This document shows, one piece after another, positions 1-12,500 of a stretch of DNA of 64,000 nt. Every line of letters starts with the position of its first letter. The stretch's first letter is position 1. The stretch comes from Octopus vulgaris (taxonomy: Eukaryota). The position numbers and the translations under genes are program-made. The notes under the pieces are model-generated. The model was given only the letters and a program-made list of their open reading frames with translations. It made no database searches and was not told the origin of the DNA. The stretch covers positions 63,054,001 through 63,118,000 of the forward strand of contig OX597826.1 in assembly GCA_951406725.2 (NCBI GenBank), given 5' to 3'.

Positions 1-589
1 CACTCGATGAATGCAAGAAAAAACATACAGTTATCCGTTAATGTGCGTGAGCACGTGTGTGAATATGTAAATACTGGAATTATTGTATCTTTTTTTGTTA
101 TGTCTATCGACCCGTCTTTGTATTCTTGCTCTACATGTTAACTGCTTCTATGAGAAGAGAAAGAGAATCTGTCAGAAAGGTCACTGCTTCCACCCTTCTG
201 ACAGCCGAACATCAAGCTGCGTGTATCACGCATTTGCATGATGCCCAACATTTACAATTGTACAAAGGTCTAGAATAATACATTAAAATTATTATCACAA
301 ATAAACACGCTTGAAATCGAATATAATTTTCTTATCAATACTTACAGTAACCTTGGCCCTCAATTTTTACCTTATCAAAACACACAGGCTAAATTTTCTA
401 AACAGTTATCAAATAACACCAAAAAGCAAATGAACTTTAATTAGACATCTTCTGATTAACTAACCTTTTCACCTTCTTATAATCTTTTGTGAACTCTAAC
501 CAAATTACTGTTCTAACATTCCTATGACCTATATCTGACACACCTACCTAAACCAGACAATTCGATAACAAAGTTTAACACGAATAACT

Positions 590-1024
590 GAACATGGGGT
601 CTTCCAGCAGACCCCTCTTGACCCAAAGCAGCACTACCTCCTCCAGGCGCTTGGTGTAGGCCTCCGTGATGAGTGTGAGGCCGTGTGAGAAGATGAATGG
701 AAGATTAACATCGCCATCATTAGTGATCACTCCAAACACCATGATGTTGACTGGATGTTTGATTTTTATCCTTCTCGGCACAGGTCCTCAGTTTGACACC
801 AAAACACTCAGAAATTTTCATAGTGGAGCTTCCGGCGCGAATGCCAAGCAGTACAGCATGTCGTTTCCAAATCTCTAGCAAAGTGAATAGCATCACGGTG
901 CTGTTTTTCACACAGACGGTTACCACCTTACCCTACTCTACTGTGTAGTCGGCAAAATAAAAAATAAACAATGCGCGAAATTAGATATATAAAATGGCGC
1001 CAATTTACCCATAGCTTCCGGTAT
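590..1024 (-). mobile_element. Internally deleted Tc1/mariner-superfamily (maT/DD37D-like) transposon relic
   Basis: Minus-strand peptides KRHAVLLGIRAGSSTMKISECFGVKLRT (HTH-like N-terminus) joined directly to KHPVNIMVFGVITNDGDVNLPFIFSHGLTLITEAYTKRLEEVVLLWVKR, then frameshifted AGRPHV (catalytic-domain segment). The end abuts TATA. Confidence 0.7.
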
Positions 1025-1245
1025 ATATCCCTCGTATCTGGAGACCTATGTGCTAGTATTAAGCCATATGTGTACATATTTATACACACATTTATATGTG
1101 TGTGTATGTGTGTGTTATGTGTGTGTACCATACACATGTGTATATTCATGTATGTGAGTATATGTTTATATATATATACATACATACATACACATATACA
1201 ACCATACATACATACATGCATACATGCATACATATATACATGTGT

Positions 1246-2422
1246 TTGCAATCCAAGAACAAGAAATATCAAACAAATACCAGATGAACAAATGGGACAG
1301 AGACGCAGGAAAAGCAGAAAAATGTGATAACCCAAGATATCGCCTACATCTTAAGCAGTTGTCCGGAAATGTCATCCCGATTATAACTGCCGATGAGACA
1401 GGATGTTGTAGCTGGGACACTGTATAATTAGATCCGTCGAAAGGTTAACCCCGAGGCCAAAGAAAGAAGAACCTACAATATGGTAGAAGCTATAGCCACT
1501 CATAATAAAAAGTATTATAGGTGGAATGTCCCTGTGAAAACCTCAATAAAATGTAAACATAATAGACCTGACATAATAATTTGGGATAGAGATGAGAATT
1601 TGTATACAGTTGTGGAAATCAGCTGCCCAGTCGATGATAACATAAAGCTAAAGATCAGTGAAAAAGAAAATACCTACGCTGAACTATTGAGGAATCTACA
1701 GAATACAATTTCGGGTTTATATCTGTAGTTATTGGGCACTAGGATATATAGCACACGTCCCACCCAGGGACATGGATACTTTTTTGGCCGGGTGAAATGC
1801 GTAGCCGTTGATGGCGGCGAGCTGGCAGAAACGTTAGCACGCCGGGCGAAATGCGTAGCCGTATTTCGTCTGCCGTTACGTTCTGAGTTCAAATTCCGCC
1901 GTGGTCGACTTTGCTTTTCATCCTTTCTGGGTCGATAAATTAAGTACCAGTTACGCACTGGGGTCGATGTAATCGACTTAATCCGTTTGTCTGTCCTTGC
2001 TTGTCCTCTCTGTGTTTAGCCCCTTGTGGGTAGTAAAGAAATAGGATATATAGCACACTGCCTACATACCAATCTTGATCAATTAAGCTTCTCAAAACTA
2101 GAAAAGAGAAAGCTCATTCGCAGACTACTGAGCCAAACATTCACTGGAACTGTAAAACTTTCCAGTAGTTTATCATTTAAGTATATATGAAAATGTCTAG
2201 AGAAGCATCTATACGCATGAGAATACTTACCTAAAACAAAACATACATCTATACGCATGAGAATACTTACCTAAAACAAAACATACAAATCTTCACATAC
2301 ACCGTATATACATACAAAAATACCCTGTTGATGTTGAAATTCCAATGAAGGAGCCTTAGATCAAGGTTAGAAACCGGATCTTTCTCTATTGGCAAGAAAT
2401 CTTGGAATAAAGCTAAATAATG
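1246..2422 (+). mobile_element. 3' fragment of R4/Dong-type non-LTR retrotransposon (restriction-like endonuclease domain plus 3' UTR), split by a SINE
   Basis: ORF 1480-1728 RWNVPVKTSIKCKHNRPDIIIWD...VEISCPVDDNIKLKISEKENTY carries the RPD..E...P..KY RLE signature. Upstream FAIQEQEI and a degenerate zinc-knuckle region. Confidence 0.8.
1757..2041 (+). mobile_element. tRNA-derived SINE, family A, with 17-bp target-site duplication
   Basis: A-box-like TGGCAGAAACG, B-box GAGTTCAAATTCC, body GTCGACTTTGCTTTTCATCCTTT..GGGTCGATAAATTAAGTACCAG. TAGGATATATAGCACAC at 1740-1756 and 2042-2058. Confidence 0.9.
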
Positions 2423-2776
2423 ACATACATAAATACACACATATATGCATGTATATGGATACATACATATGCACGTAGACATATGCAGTTCCATATCTAG
2501 AAGTGTATTGATGTATTTATATGTACGTATGATTGCTTGTGCTGTTGATGTACATATGCGTATGTGTGTGAGTACGCGCGTGCGTGAGCGTGAGTGTGTA
2601 TATGTGCGTGTATGATTATATTCGATCTTGAACTTACATATCAATAATCAGTTTAACCTGTCGGCAAAGATATTTTATGTGATTAGCAAAGATACAAATT
2701 AAATACAAATTTGTTTCAAAACAATATCGCTGACAACGACGGCGGCGGTGGTGATGGTGATGATCAGAACAAAAAC

Positions 2777-2924
2777 GAAGAAGAAGAAGAAGAACAAGAA
2801 CAACAACAACAACAACAACAAGAACGAGAACAAGAACAAGAAGAACAAAAAGGAGAAGAAGAAGAAGGTGGGAGTGATGTTGGTGCTGGTAGTAATGTGA
2901 ACCACAATAATCATGGTAGATGAA

Positions 2925-3000
<76 letters not shown>
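2777..3000. repeat. (GAA/CAA)n and (ATT)n microsatellites
   Basis: Direct trinucleotide runs. Confidence 0.95.
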
Positions 3001-3002
<2 letters not shown>

Positions 3003-3372
3003 AATATATATTTACTATATAAATGAAATATTTAAATATTGATTGCCGTTGTAGTTCCTATTGATGCTGCAGCATAGCTCCAGAGAAAATTTAGATTTTG
3101 CCTTGTTTTAATTGATGAAAAATGGTTTTTTGGGGGGGAGTTGTAAGGGAACTAAAGTTTATTTTAGATTTTTATTATATTTTGCAAATATTAAGTCTTA
3201 ATTTAATATGCCTTTCTCTGGAGAAGCGATAATAGGAAGTAACCACAAATGCCATAGAATCGTAGAAAATATTAAAAGCAAAAACAAGTTGATTAATAAA
3301 GAAAATCAGAGAAAATTTTAACAAATTAAATAAGCAGGCATGTTTGTGAACCGTTTAACAAATACAAATATA

Positions 3373-3745
3373 ACAAGAGCACTCAGAGGGCGAAAACCTC
3401 CACCAAGGCAACACCAACGTCTTCTCAACGAATAGCCAAAGATGATTTTTTAAATGAGAATATCTGAAATAAACTCAATTGCTTTCACAAACGAAAATAC
3501 TAAAAGTGAACCCGACCGCTCTCAAAACTTAAGTTTAAAAAACCGAAAAAATAATCCAGAATCCTTGTCAGGTACCGGATATTTTTCCAAAATCTAATCA
3601 GTTCGAGCCAGTCAGGAGGCCAAAGATCCCTGTAAGTTTCATTTGAATCTATCCAGTGGTTCTTGAGATATTTTGTCAAAGAACATACAAACTAACAAAC
3701 ACGACTGAAAACAATACCTTCGCCTTTGCTAAGGAGGAGGTAATA
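3373..3745 (+). mobile_element. Non-autonomous Helentron/DINE-like (HINE) element
   Basis: Subterminal inverted repeat ACCTCCACC (3396) versus GGAGGAGGT (3733), 3' hairpin ACCTTCGCCTT-TGCT-AAGGAGGAGGT (3716-3741), short CAAA-type repeat before it. Confidence 0.55.
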
Positions 3746-3862
3746 AATTGTTAAGAAATTTTTGAAGACGTCAATAACAAAATTAACAACAGCTTTCCGA
3801 GCGGTGTGAGCTAGAGAGTAGCTTGGACATAGGTTAATTACTGGAAAATAAAAACATTGAAA

Positions 3863-4034
3863 AGGCACAGGAGTGGCAGGGTGGTAAGTAGCTTGCTTTC
3901 GAACCACATGGTTCCGGGTTCAGTCCCACTGCTTGGCACCTTGGGTAAGTGTCTCCTACTAAAGCCTCGGGCCGACCAAAGCCTTATGAGTGGATTTGGT
4001 AGACGGAAACTGAAAGAAGCCCGTCGTATATATG

Positions 4035-4067
<33 letters not shown>

Positions 4068-4288
4068 ATGTACGTGTTTGTGTGTCTGTGTTTGTACCCC
4101 CAACATCGCTTGACAACCGATACTGGTGTGTTTACGTCCTCGTAACTTAGCGGTTCGGCAAAAAGAGACCGATAAAATAAGTACTAGGCTTCCAAAGAAT
4201 AAGACCTGGGGTCGATTTGATCGACTAAAGGCGGTGCTCCAGCATGGCCACAGTCACATGACTGAAACAAGTAAAAGAGTAAAAGAGA
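3863..4288 (+). mobile_element. tRNA-derived SINE, family B (full length)
   Basis: Head GGAGTGGC..GTGGTAAG...GGGTTCAGTCCC, CORE-like ACCTTGGGTAAGTGTC, internal (TA)/(TG) tract, tail GGCGGTGCTCCAGCATGGCC...GAAACAAGTAAAAGAGTAAAAG. Many copies in the window. Confidence 0.9.
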
Positions 4289-5227
4289 GGTATGCAAAAA
4301 ACAATGTTTTCTTGCAGTAAATTTTATTTAGGAAGGAACAAGAAGAAAATATATATCCCTTGCTTTTTTTTTAATACGAAGATGCCCTGGGAAAAACGTT
4401 TGGAAGCCTGTATCTGATCTTTGAGATCGAATTCAAAACTAGTTGGACAATGGGGTAAGTGCATCATATACCTACCCACAGGTAGTTGATAGAGTATGTG
4501 CGGAGATGCAACACAAAGCTCACCGCCAGAGAGGCTGGCACTGATGCTAACTATTGGCTTGTCATCAACTTTAGAGTACAATATAGTATAGGAAGTTGGG
4601 GAGTTCGGAAGTGATGAGCGGCTTAAGGTGTACTTAATTGCGGGAGAAGAAATGAGAGCAATTACGCTACTAGTACAATGCAGAAACTTTAGTTGCTACA
4701 AGTGTGAAAGCAAGAACTACAGAAGAGCATTCTGCAGAGGAAAGTTGAAAAGCAGTGAAAGAAAAATAGCAATGAACGATAACGGGGCAACGACAGAAAG
4801 CCTATAGACCACTGTTTCAGAAACACCAGTTCTCTAGTCCCAGGATAGCCTAGCAGAAAAACGGTGTGGTTTGTTGCTAACATGCCCATGGAGGTGACGA
4901 AATTCAGCTCTGAGAATCTGTAGTGTCACCTCTACAGCACACAAAGGTTTGATATTCATGAGAGTAAATAATGAACTTGGAAATTAACACAATGCCACAA
5001 CTATTGGTTTTACCATCCACTGTTCCTGATTGGCTCTTCTATTAAATATATTGGATTTATTGGATTTGTTCTACCATTCGCCATCATCGAACTACTCTAC
5101 CATGCACCATCTTGGACTGCACTACCATTTATCACCTAAGATTTCCTCTACGATCTACTATTCTGGACTGACTTCACTACCTACTGCATTGGACGCACAC
5201 TGCTATCCACCGGCTTGGACATATATT

Positions 5228-5655
5228 GGTTTCAAATTTTCGCACAAGGCCAGAAATTTTGGAGAAGAGTTAAGTCGAGTACATCGACCCCACACCGTAC
5301 TCTGCTGGTACTTATTTCATAGACCGCGAAAGGATGAAAGGCAAAGTCACCCTCGGCGAAATTTGAAACCAGAACGTAAAGACGGACGAAAAGCCTTTTA
5401 ATCTATACAATGTTGTATAATCTATACAATGTTGTATAATCTATACAATGTTGTATAATCTATACAATGTTGTATAATCTATACAACTCTGCTGGTACTT
5501 ATTTCATAGACCGCGAAAGGATGAAAGGCAAAGTCACCCTCGGCGAAATTTGAAACCAGAACGTAAAGACGGACGAAAAGCCTTTTAATCTATACAATGT
5601 TGTATAATCTATACAATGTTGTATAATCTATACAATGTTGTATAATCTGTACAAT
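5228..5655 (-). mobile_element. SINE family A fragment with 187-bp tandem duplication and 19-bp minisatellite
   Basis: ACTCTGCTGGTAC... at 5299 and 5486; repeated unit AATCTATACAATGTTGTAT. Confidence 0.8.
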
Positions 5656-6219
5656 ATTGTTAATAACATTTCTAATAAGAAATTTAGCAAAATAAACGAA
5701 CATATTTGCATGGAGATATCGAAATTAATGCATATAAAACCGATGTCCTACTTGGCCAAAATCTATGTATGCTTGTTGTTTTCTTTTCGTTGTTTTTTCT
5801 TCTTCCTCTTCGTCAGCTTCATATCCTTCATCTCCTTTTTCTCGTTAATTTTTTTTCTCCTTTTGATTCCTCTACTCTTCCTCCTCCTCCTCCTCCTCCT
5901 CTTCCTTCTTTTTCTTCTTATTCTTGCTGCTACACCCGAAGACGGCCTTATTCGAGCAGAATGACTTGTCATCAGAAATTTTCTAAAATATGTCCACCTT
6001 ACCTTCGTCTATAAATCGCAAAATGACCTTCAGTTCATCTAAATAATTTGACGGTTAAATGCAATCATCTTGAAAACAAACAATAATTACGAATCCTAAT
6101 AATTGTCTTTGTAAAAGCCTGGACATAATTTCATTTGATATCTGTTTTCGTTTTATGATATCGTGATTATTGAATACAGACAATAAATTGAAGTAATTCA
6201 GTTAATAGCAACAAGAACC

Positions 6220-6280
<61 letters not shown>

Positions 6281-6514
6281 TAATAATAAAGGGTTCAAAT
6301 TTTGCCACAAGAGCAGTAGTTTTGGGGGAGAGGATGAGTCGACCCCAGTCTTTAACTGCTATTTATTTTATCGACCCCCCGAAAGGATGAAATGTAAAGT
6401 CGACCTCGGCGGAATTTGAACTCAGAATGTAAAGACGGACGAAATACTGCTAAGCATTTTGACCGGAGAGCAAATGATTCTGCCAGCTCACCACCCTGAT
6501 CATAATAATAATGC

Positions 6515-6596
<82 letters not shown>

Positions 6597-6819
6597 GTAA
6601 TAATAGTCCTTTCTACTGTAGGCACAAGGCCTGAAATTTGGGGTAAGGGGTTAACTCGATTACACCGACCCAAGTGAGTAACTGGTACTAATTTAATCGA
6701 CCCCGAACGGCTGAAAGGCGCCGTCGACCTAGGGGTAATTTGAACTCATAACGCAGCGACGGGCGAGGTACCGCTAAGCATTGCGTCCAGTGTGCTAACG
6801 ATTCTGCCAGCTCGCCGCC

Positions 6820-6902
<83 letters not shown>

Positions 6903-7127
6903 CCTTTCTACTATAGACAAGAGGCCTGAAATCTTGGTGGGGAGATAGTCGATTACATCGACCCCAGTACTCAAGTGGTACTTATTTTATCGACCCCCGA
7001 AAGGATGAACTCGGCGGAACTTGAACACAGAACGTAGTGGCGTGCGAAATACCGCTAAGCAATCCGTCCAGCGTGCTAACGATTCTGCCAGCTCACCGCC
7101 TCAATAATAATAATAATAATAATAATG

Positions 7128-7203
<76 letters not shown>

Positions 7204-7289
7204 TGATAATAACAACAACAACAACAACAATAATAATAATAATAATAATAATGATAATAATAACAACAACAACAACAATGATAATAATG

Positions 7290-7363
<74 letters not shown>

Positions 7364-7385
7364 GATGATGATGATGATGATGATG
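6220..7385 (-). mobile_element. Three head-to-tail SINE family A copies (~6295-6497, ~6608-6820, ~6903-7102) separated by (AAT)n tracts
   Basis: Each copy has GTCGACCTCGGCGGAATTTGAACTCAGAAC...TTCTGCCAGCTC-like sequence and is flanked by AAT microsatellites. Confidence 0.9.
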
Positions 7386-7389
7386 AAGC

Positions 7390-8935
7390 AACAGGAGAAA
7401 AAGAAAACGCTTTTCTCTATACACAAGGAGGCGACAAAAAACAAAGCAGAAACAAAATCCATCGATAGCAGAAGCTCAAAATCTCTGATCTAATTGCTGA
7501 AACAGAATACCTGACTACAAACAAGTTTAAAGGCAAAACAATGTAAACAATCCTTAACAACCTGTACAATGAGACAGTTGACCACATCATCTCTGGTTGT
7601 CCAGTCCTTGCCAAATCGGAATATATATATATATAGACAAGACCGAGTAAGTAGTCATATCCACTGGATAACGTGCCACCGCTACAACATAAAAACTGAC
7701 AATAAATGGTATAAACATGTGCCAAACAAGGTACATGACAAAAACCAGACCAAAATCATCTGGGACATGCCTGTTCAAGCTGACAAAGAAATAAAAACCA
7801 GTCGCCCAGGCATAATAATCAAGGAATACTCTTTTACTCTCTCTTTTACTTGTTTCAGTCATTTGACTGCGGCCATGCTGGAGCACCGTCTTTAGTCGAG
7901 CAAATCGACCCCGGGACTTATTCTTTGTAAGCCCAGTACTTATTCTATCGGTCTCTTTTGCCGAACCGCCAAGTGACGGGGACGTAAACACACCAGCATC
8001 GGTTGTCAAGCAATGCTATGGGGACAAACACACACAAACACACACACATGCACATACATATATATATATACATATATACGACAGGCTTCTTTCAGTTTCC
8101 GTCTACCAAATCCACTCACAAGGCATTGGTCGGCCCGGGGCTATAGCAGAAGACACTTGCCCAAGATGCCACGCATGTGGTTGGTTAGCAAGCTACTTAC
8201 CACACAGCCACTCCTGCGATTGATAAAAAAAAGGACACCTGCTCACGGATAGATATTTCAGTCCCTTCTGACCAAAATATTGTCCAAAAAGAAGTGAAGG
8301 AATTGTCAATGTACTAAGACCTCGAATTTGAAGTATTCAAGATATGGGGCATAAAGGTGAAAACAATACCAGTAATAATTGGAGCACGAGGAATGAAAAA
8401 AAATTAATATTAACAAAATCTAGAAGCTTTACCTGGACCCTAAAAACTACACACTATCCAAAAAATAGCCCTGTTGCGAACAGCCCACATCCTACGCAAT
8501 ATATTATCAATTCAACAATACAACCCAAACAAAACATAAGACACACTCTATATAGTAAATATCCAATATGATAAACAATCATAGCAGGTCGAATACGCAA
8601 CGCTGTACACACACGACATACAATACAAACACTAATACTACAAAAAACTACACCAGACCCTATAACAAAAGAAACTGACGCAATATAATACCGTGAAGAC
8701 CTTGCATTTTCCCAACAACAAAAAAGAACACACAATGCATCACACACACACACAGAGTAACAACCGTTCAAGAATTTGGACCTGGAATTTCCATTTCCAG
8801 CGACTTCGAGGGCCACCGCCCAGTGGTGTCGGGCGTCTACGAAGTTTTTTTCTGGGGTCTCCCGCCTGTAACCCCTAGACCATCATCTAAACACCCTTAC
8901 CCATCTTGCTGCTTGACAACAACAACAACAACACA
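7390..8935 (+). mobile_element. 3' fragment of R4/Dong-type LINE (zinc knuckle, RLE, 3' UTR, (CAA)n end), split by SINE B
   Basis: ETVDHIISGCPVLAKSEYIYRQDRV..HIHW, IIWDMPVQADKEIKTSRPGIII, DISVPSDQNI..KE, TIPVIIGARG, TAHILR. Confidence 0.8.
7827..8218 (-). mobile_element. SINE family B
   Basis: Reverse complement of the 3863-4288 family; interrupts the LINE RLE domain. Confidence 0.9.
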
Positions 8936-9029
8936 GTAACATAGAGGTGTAGCAAATGATGCAGTAGAAACTTACTTGAAACTATCAAATGTTGAAAAAC
9001 CATAATAATAGTTGCAAAATTTGCGATAA

Positions 9030-9215
9030 GACCAGCAATTTTGACGAGAGAGGGGTTGTCTGGTACTTATTTTATTGACCGTGAAAGGATGAATGACAAA
9101 TTCAGCGTCAGTGGCATTTGAACTCAGGACACAATACAGCCGAACAAAAGCAACTGCAAAGTCTCGAGTTTGCATTTTACGTAATGCGTTAGCGGTTCTG
9201 ATAACTCGCCACTTT
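9030..9215 (-). mobile_element. Degenerate SINE family A
   Basis: CTGGTACTTATTTTATTGACCGTGAAAGGATGAA...ATTTGAACTCAG. Confidence 0.7.
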
Positions 9216-9285
9216 CTAATTTTTTGTGTTATTCAATATTTGTTTCTATGTATGTATCTATCTATCTATCTATTTATCTATCTGA

Positions 9286-9322
<37 letters not shown>

Positions 9323-9527
9323 CTATCTATTTATCTTCCTGTCGATGCTGGTCGCTTCAGTAATGCAAAAACACACGTGCTTTTCTCGTACTTTCTTTTC
9401 CTCATCTCCAGACTTTTTCTTAAATGTTCTTTGAGCGTCAACCGAATGCATTGACTGTGTAGATTATTTTGAATTTTGTTGTTTTCCTGTCTTTTGTCGT
9501 TACGTCATTTAACGCAACGTCATATGA

Positions 9528-12500
9528 CCCTCTTTGATCTCTGTCGGCACCCTCTTTGATCACTTTCGGCACCCTCTCTGATCTCTGTCGGCACTCCTCT
9601 TTGATCTCTGTCGGCACTCCTCTTTGATCTCTGTTGGCACACTCTTTGATCTCTTTCGGCACCGTCTTTGATCTCTGTCGGCACCGTCTTTTATCTCTGT
9701 CGGCACTCTCTTTGATCTCTTTCGGCACCCTCTTTGATCTCTGTCGGCACCTTCTTTGATCTTTGTCGGCACCCTCTTTGATCTCTAACGGCACCGTCTT
9801 GGATCTCTGGAATGTCAGCAATGTCAGGAATGTCTGGAATGTCTTTGATCTCCGTCGACACCCTCTTTGATCTATGTCGGCACTCCCTTTGATCTCTGTC
9901 AGCACCCCTTTGATCTCTGTCGGCACTCTCTTTGATCTCTGTCGGCACTCTCTTTGATCTCTGTCGGCACTCTCTTTGATCTCTGTCGGCACTCCCTTTG
10001 ATCTCTGTCGGCACACCTTTGATCTCTATCGGCACCCTCTTTGATCTCTGTCGGCACTCCCTTTGATCTCTGTTGGCACCCATTTAATACCTGTCGGCAT
10101 CCTCTTTGATCTCTTTCGGCACCCTCTTTGATCTCTGTCGGCACTCTCTTTGATCTCTGTCGGCACTCTCTTTGATCTCTGTCGGCACCCTCTTTGATCT
10201 CTGTCGGCACTCCTCTTTGATCTCTGTCGGCACACTCTTTGATCTCTGTCGGCACCCTCTTTGATCTCTGTCGGCACTCCCTTTGATCTCTGTTGGCACC
10301 CATTTAATCCCTGTCGGCACGTTCTTTGATCTCTGTCGGCATCCTCTTTGATCTCTATCGGCACAATCTTTGATCTCTGTCGAAACTCTCTTTGATCTAT
10401 GTCGGCATCCTCTTTGAACTCTTTCGGCACCCACTTTGATCTCTGTCGGCACCTTCTTTGATCTTTGTCGACACCCTCTTTGATCTCTTTCGGCACCGTA
10501 TTTGATCTCTGGAATGACAGGAATGTCTGGAATGTCAGGAATGTCTGTAATGTCTGGAGTGTCAGGAATGTCTGTAATGTCAGGAATGTCTGGAATGTCT
10601 GGAATGTCTGGAATGTCGGGAATGTCGGGAATATCTGGAATGTCAGGAATGTCCGGAATGTCTGGAATGCCAGGAATGTCTGGAATGTCAGGGATGTCTG
10701 GAATGTCTAGAATGTCAGGAATGTCTGGAATGTCAGGAATGTCTGGAATGTCAGGAATGTCTGGAATGTCAGGAATGTCTGGAATGTCAGGAATGTCTGG
10801 AATGTCTGGAATGTCTGGAATGTCTGGAATGTCAGAAATATCTGGAATGTCAGGAATGTCCGGAATGTCTGGAATGTCAGGAATGTCTGGAATGTCAGGA
10901 ATGTAGGAATGTCAGGGATGTCTGGGATGTCTAGAATGTCAGGAATGTCAACACTCTCTTTGATCTCTGTCGGCACTCACTTTGATCTCTGTCATCACCC
11001 CTTTGATCTCTGTCGGCACCCTCTTTGATCTCTGTCGGCATCCTCAATGATCTCTGTCGGCACTCTCTTTGATCTCTGTCGGCATTCTCTTTGATTTTGT
11101 CGGCACTCCCTTTGATCTCTGTCGACACCCTCTTTGATCTCTGTCGACACTCCCTTTGATCTCTGTCGGCACCCCTTTGATCCCTGTCGGCACGTTCTTT
11201 GATCTCTGTCGGCATCCTCTTTGATCTCTGTCGGCACACTTTTTGATCTCTGTCGGCATCCTCTTTGATCTCTTTCGGCACCCACTTTGATCCCTATCGG
11301 CCCCCTCTTTGATCTCTGTCGGCACCCTCTTTGATCTCTTTCGGCACCGTCTTTGATCTCTGGAATGACAGGAATGTCTGGAATGTCAGGAATGTCTGTA
11401 ATATCTGGAATGTCAGGAATGTCTGGAACGTCAGGAATGTCTGGAATGTCTGGAATGTCAGGCATGTCTGGAATGTCTGGATCGTCGGGAATATCTGGAA
11501 TGTCTGGAATGCCAGGAATGTCTAGAATGTCAGAAATGTCTGGAATGTCTGGAATGTCGGAATGTCTGGAATATCTGGAATGTCAGGAATGTCTGGAATG
11601 TCTGGAATGTTTGGATCGTCGAGAATATCTGGAATGTCAGGAATGTCCGGAATGTCCGGAATGCCAGGAATGTCTGGAATGTCAGGGGTGTCTGGAATGT
11701 CTAGAATGTAAGGAATGTCAGGAATGTAAGGAATGTAAGGGAATGTCAGGAATGTCTGGAATGTCAGGAATCTCTGTAATGTCTGGAATGTCAGGAATGT
11801 CTGGAATGTCAGGAATGTCTGGAATGTCAAGAATGTCTGGAATGTCTGGAATGTCAGGAATGTCTGGAATGTCAGGAATGTCTGGAATGTCTGGAATGTC
11901 TGGAATGTCAGGAATGTCTGGAATGTCTGGGATGTCTAGAATGTCAGGAATGTCAACACTCTCTTTGATCTCTGTCGGCACTCACTTTGATCTCTGTCAT
12001 CACCCCTTTGATCTCTGTCGGCACCCTCTTTGATCTCTGTCGGCATCCTCTTTGATCTCTGTCGGCACTATCTTTGATCTCTGTCGGCACTCTCTTTGAT
12101 CTATGTCGGCATCCTCTTTGATCTATGTCGGCACTCTCTTTGATCTCTGTCGGCACACTTTTTGATCTCTGTCGGCATCCTCTTTGATCTCTTTCGGCAC
12201 CCACTTTGATCCCTATCGGCCCCCTCTTTGATTTTTGTCGACACCCTCTTTGATCTCTTTCGGCACCGTCTTTGATCTCTGGAATGACAGGAATGTCTGG
12301 AATGTCAGGAATGTCTGTAATATCTGGAATGTCAGGAATGTCTGGAACGTCAGGAATGTCTGGAATGTCTGGAATGTCAGGCATGTCTGGAATGTCTTGA
12401 TCGTCGGGAATATCTGGAATGTCTGGAATGCCAGGAATGTCTAGAATGTCAGGAATGTCAGGAATGTCTGGAATGTCTGGAATGTCTGGAATGTCTGGAA

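Noticed and set aside
2711-2923. Acidic/Gln-rich ORF
   Set aside because: Compound trinucleotide repeat with a non-ATG start and no splice support.
4324-4920. Possible ancient CR1/L2-group LINE 3' remnant on the minus strand
   Set aside because: Only vague word matches (VAS..ILY, CSS, FFP); too degraded to call.
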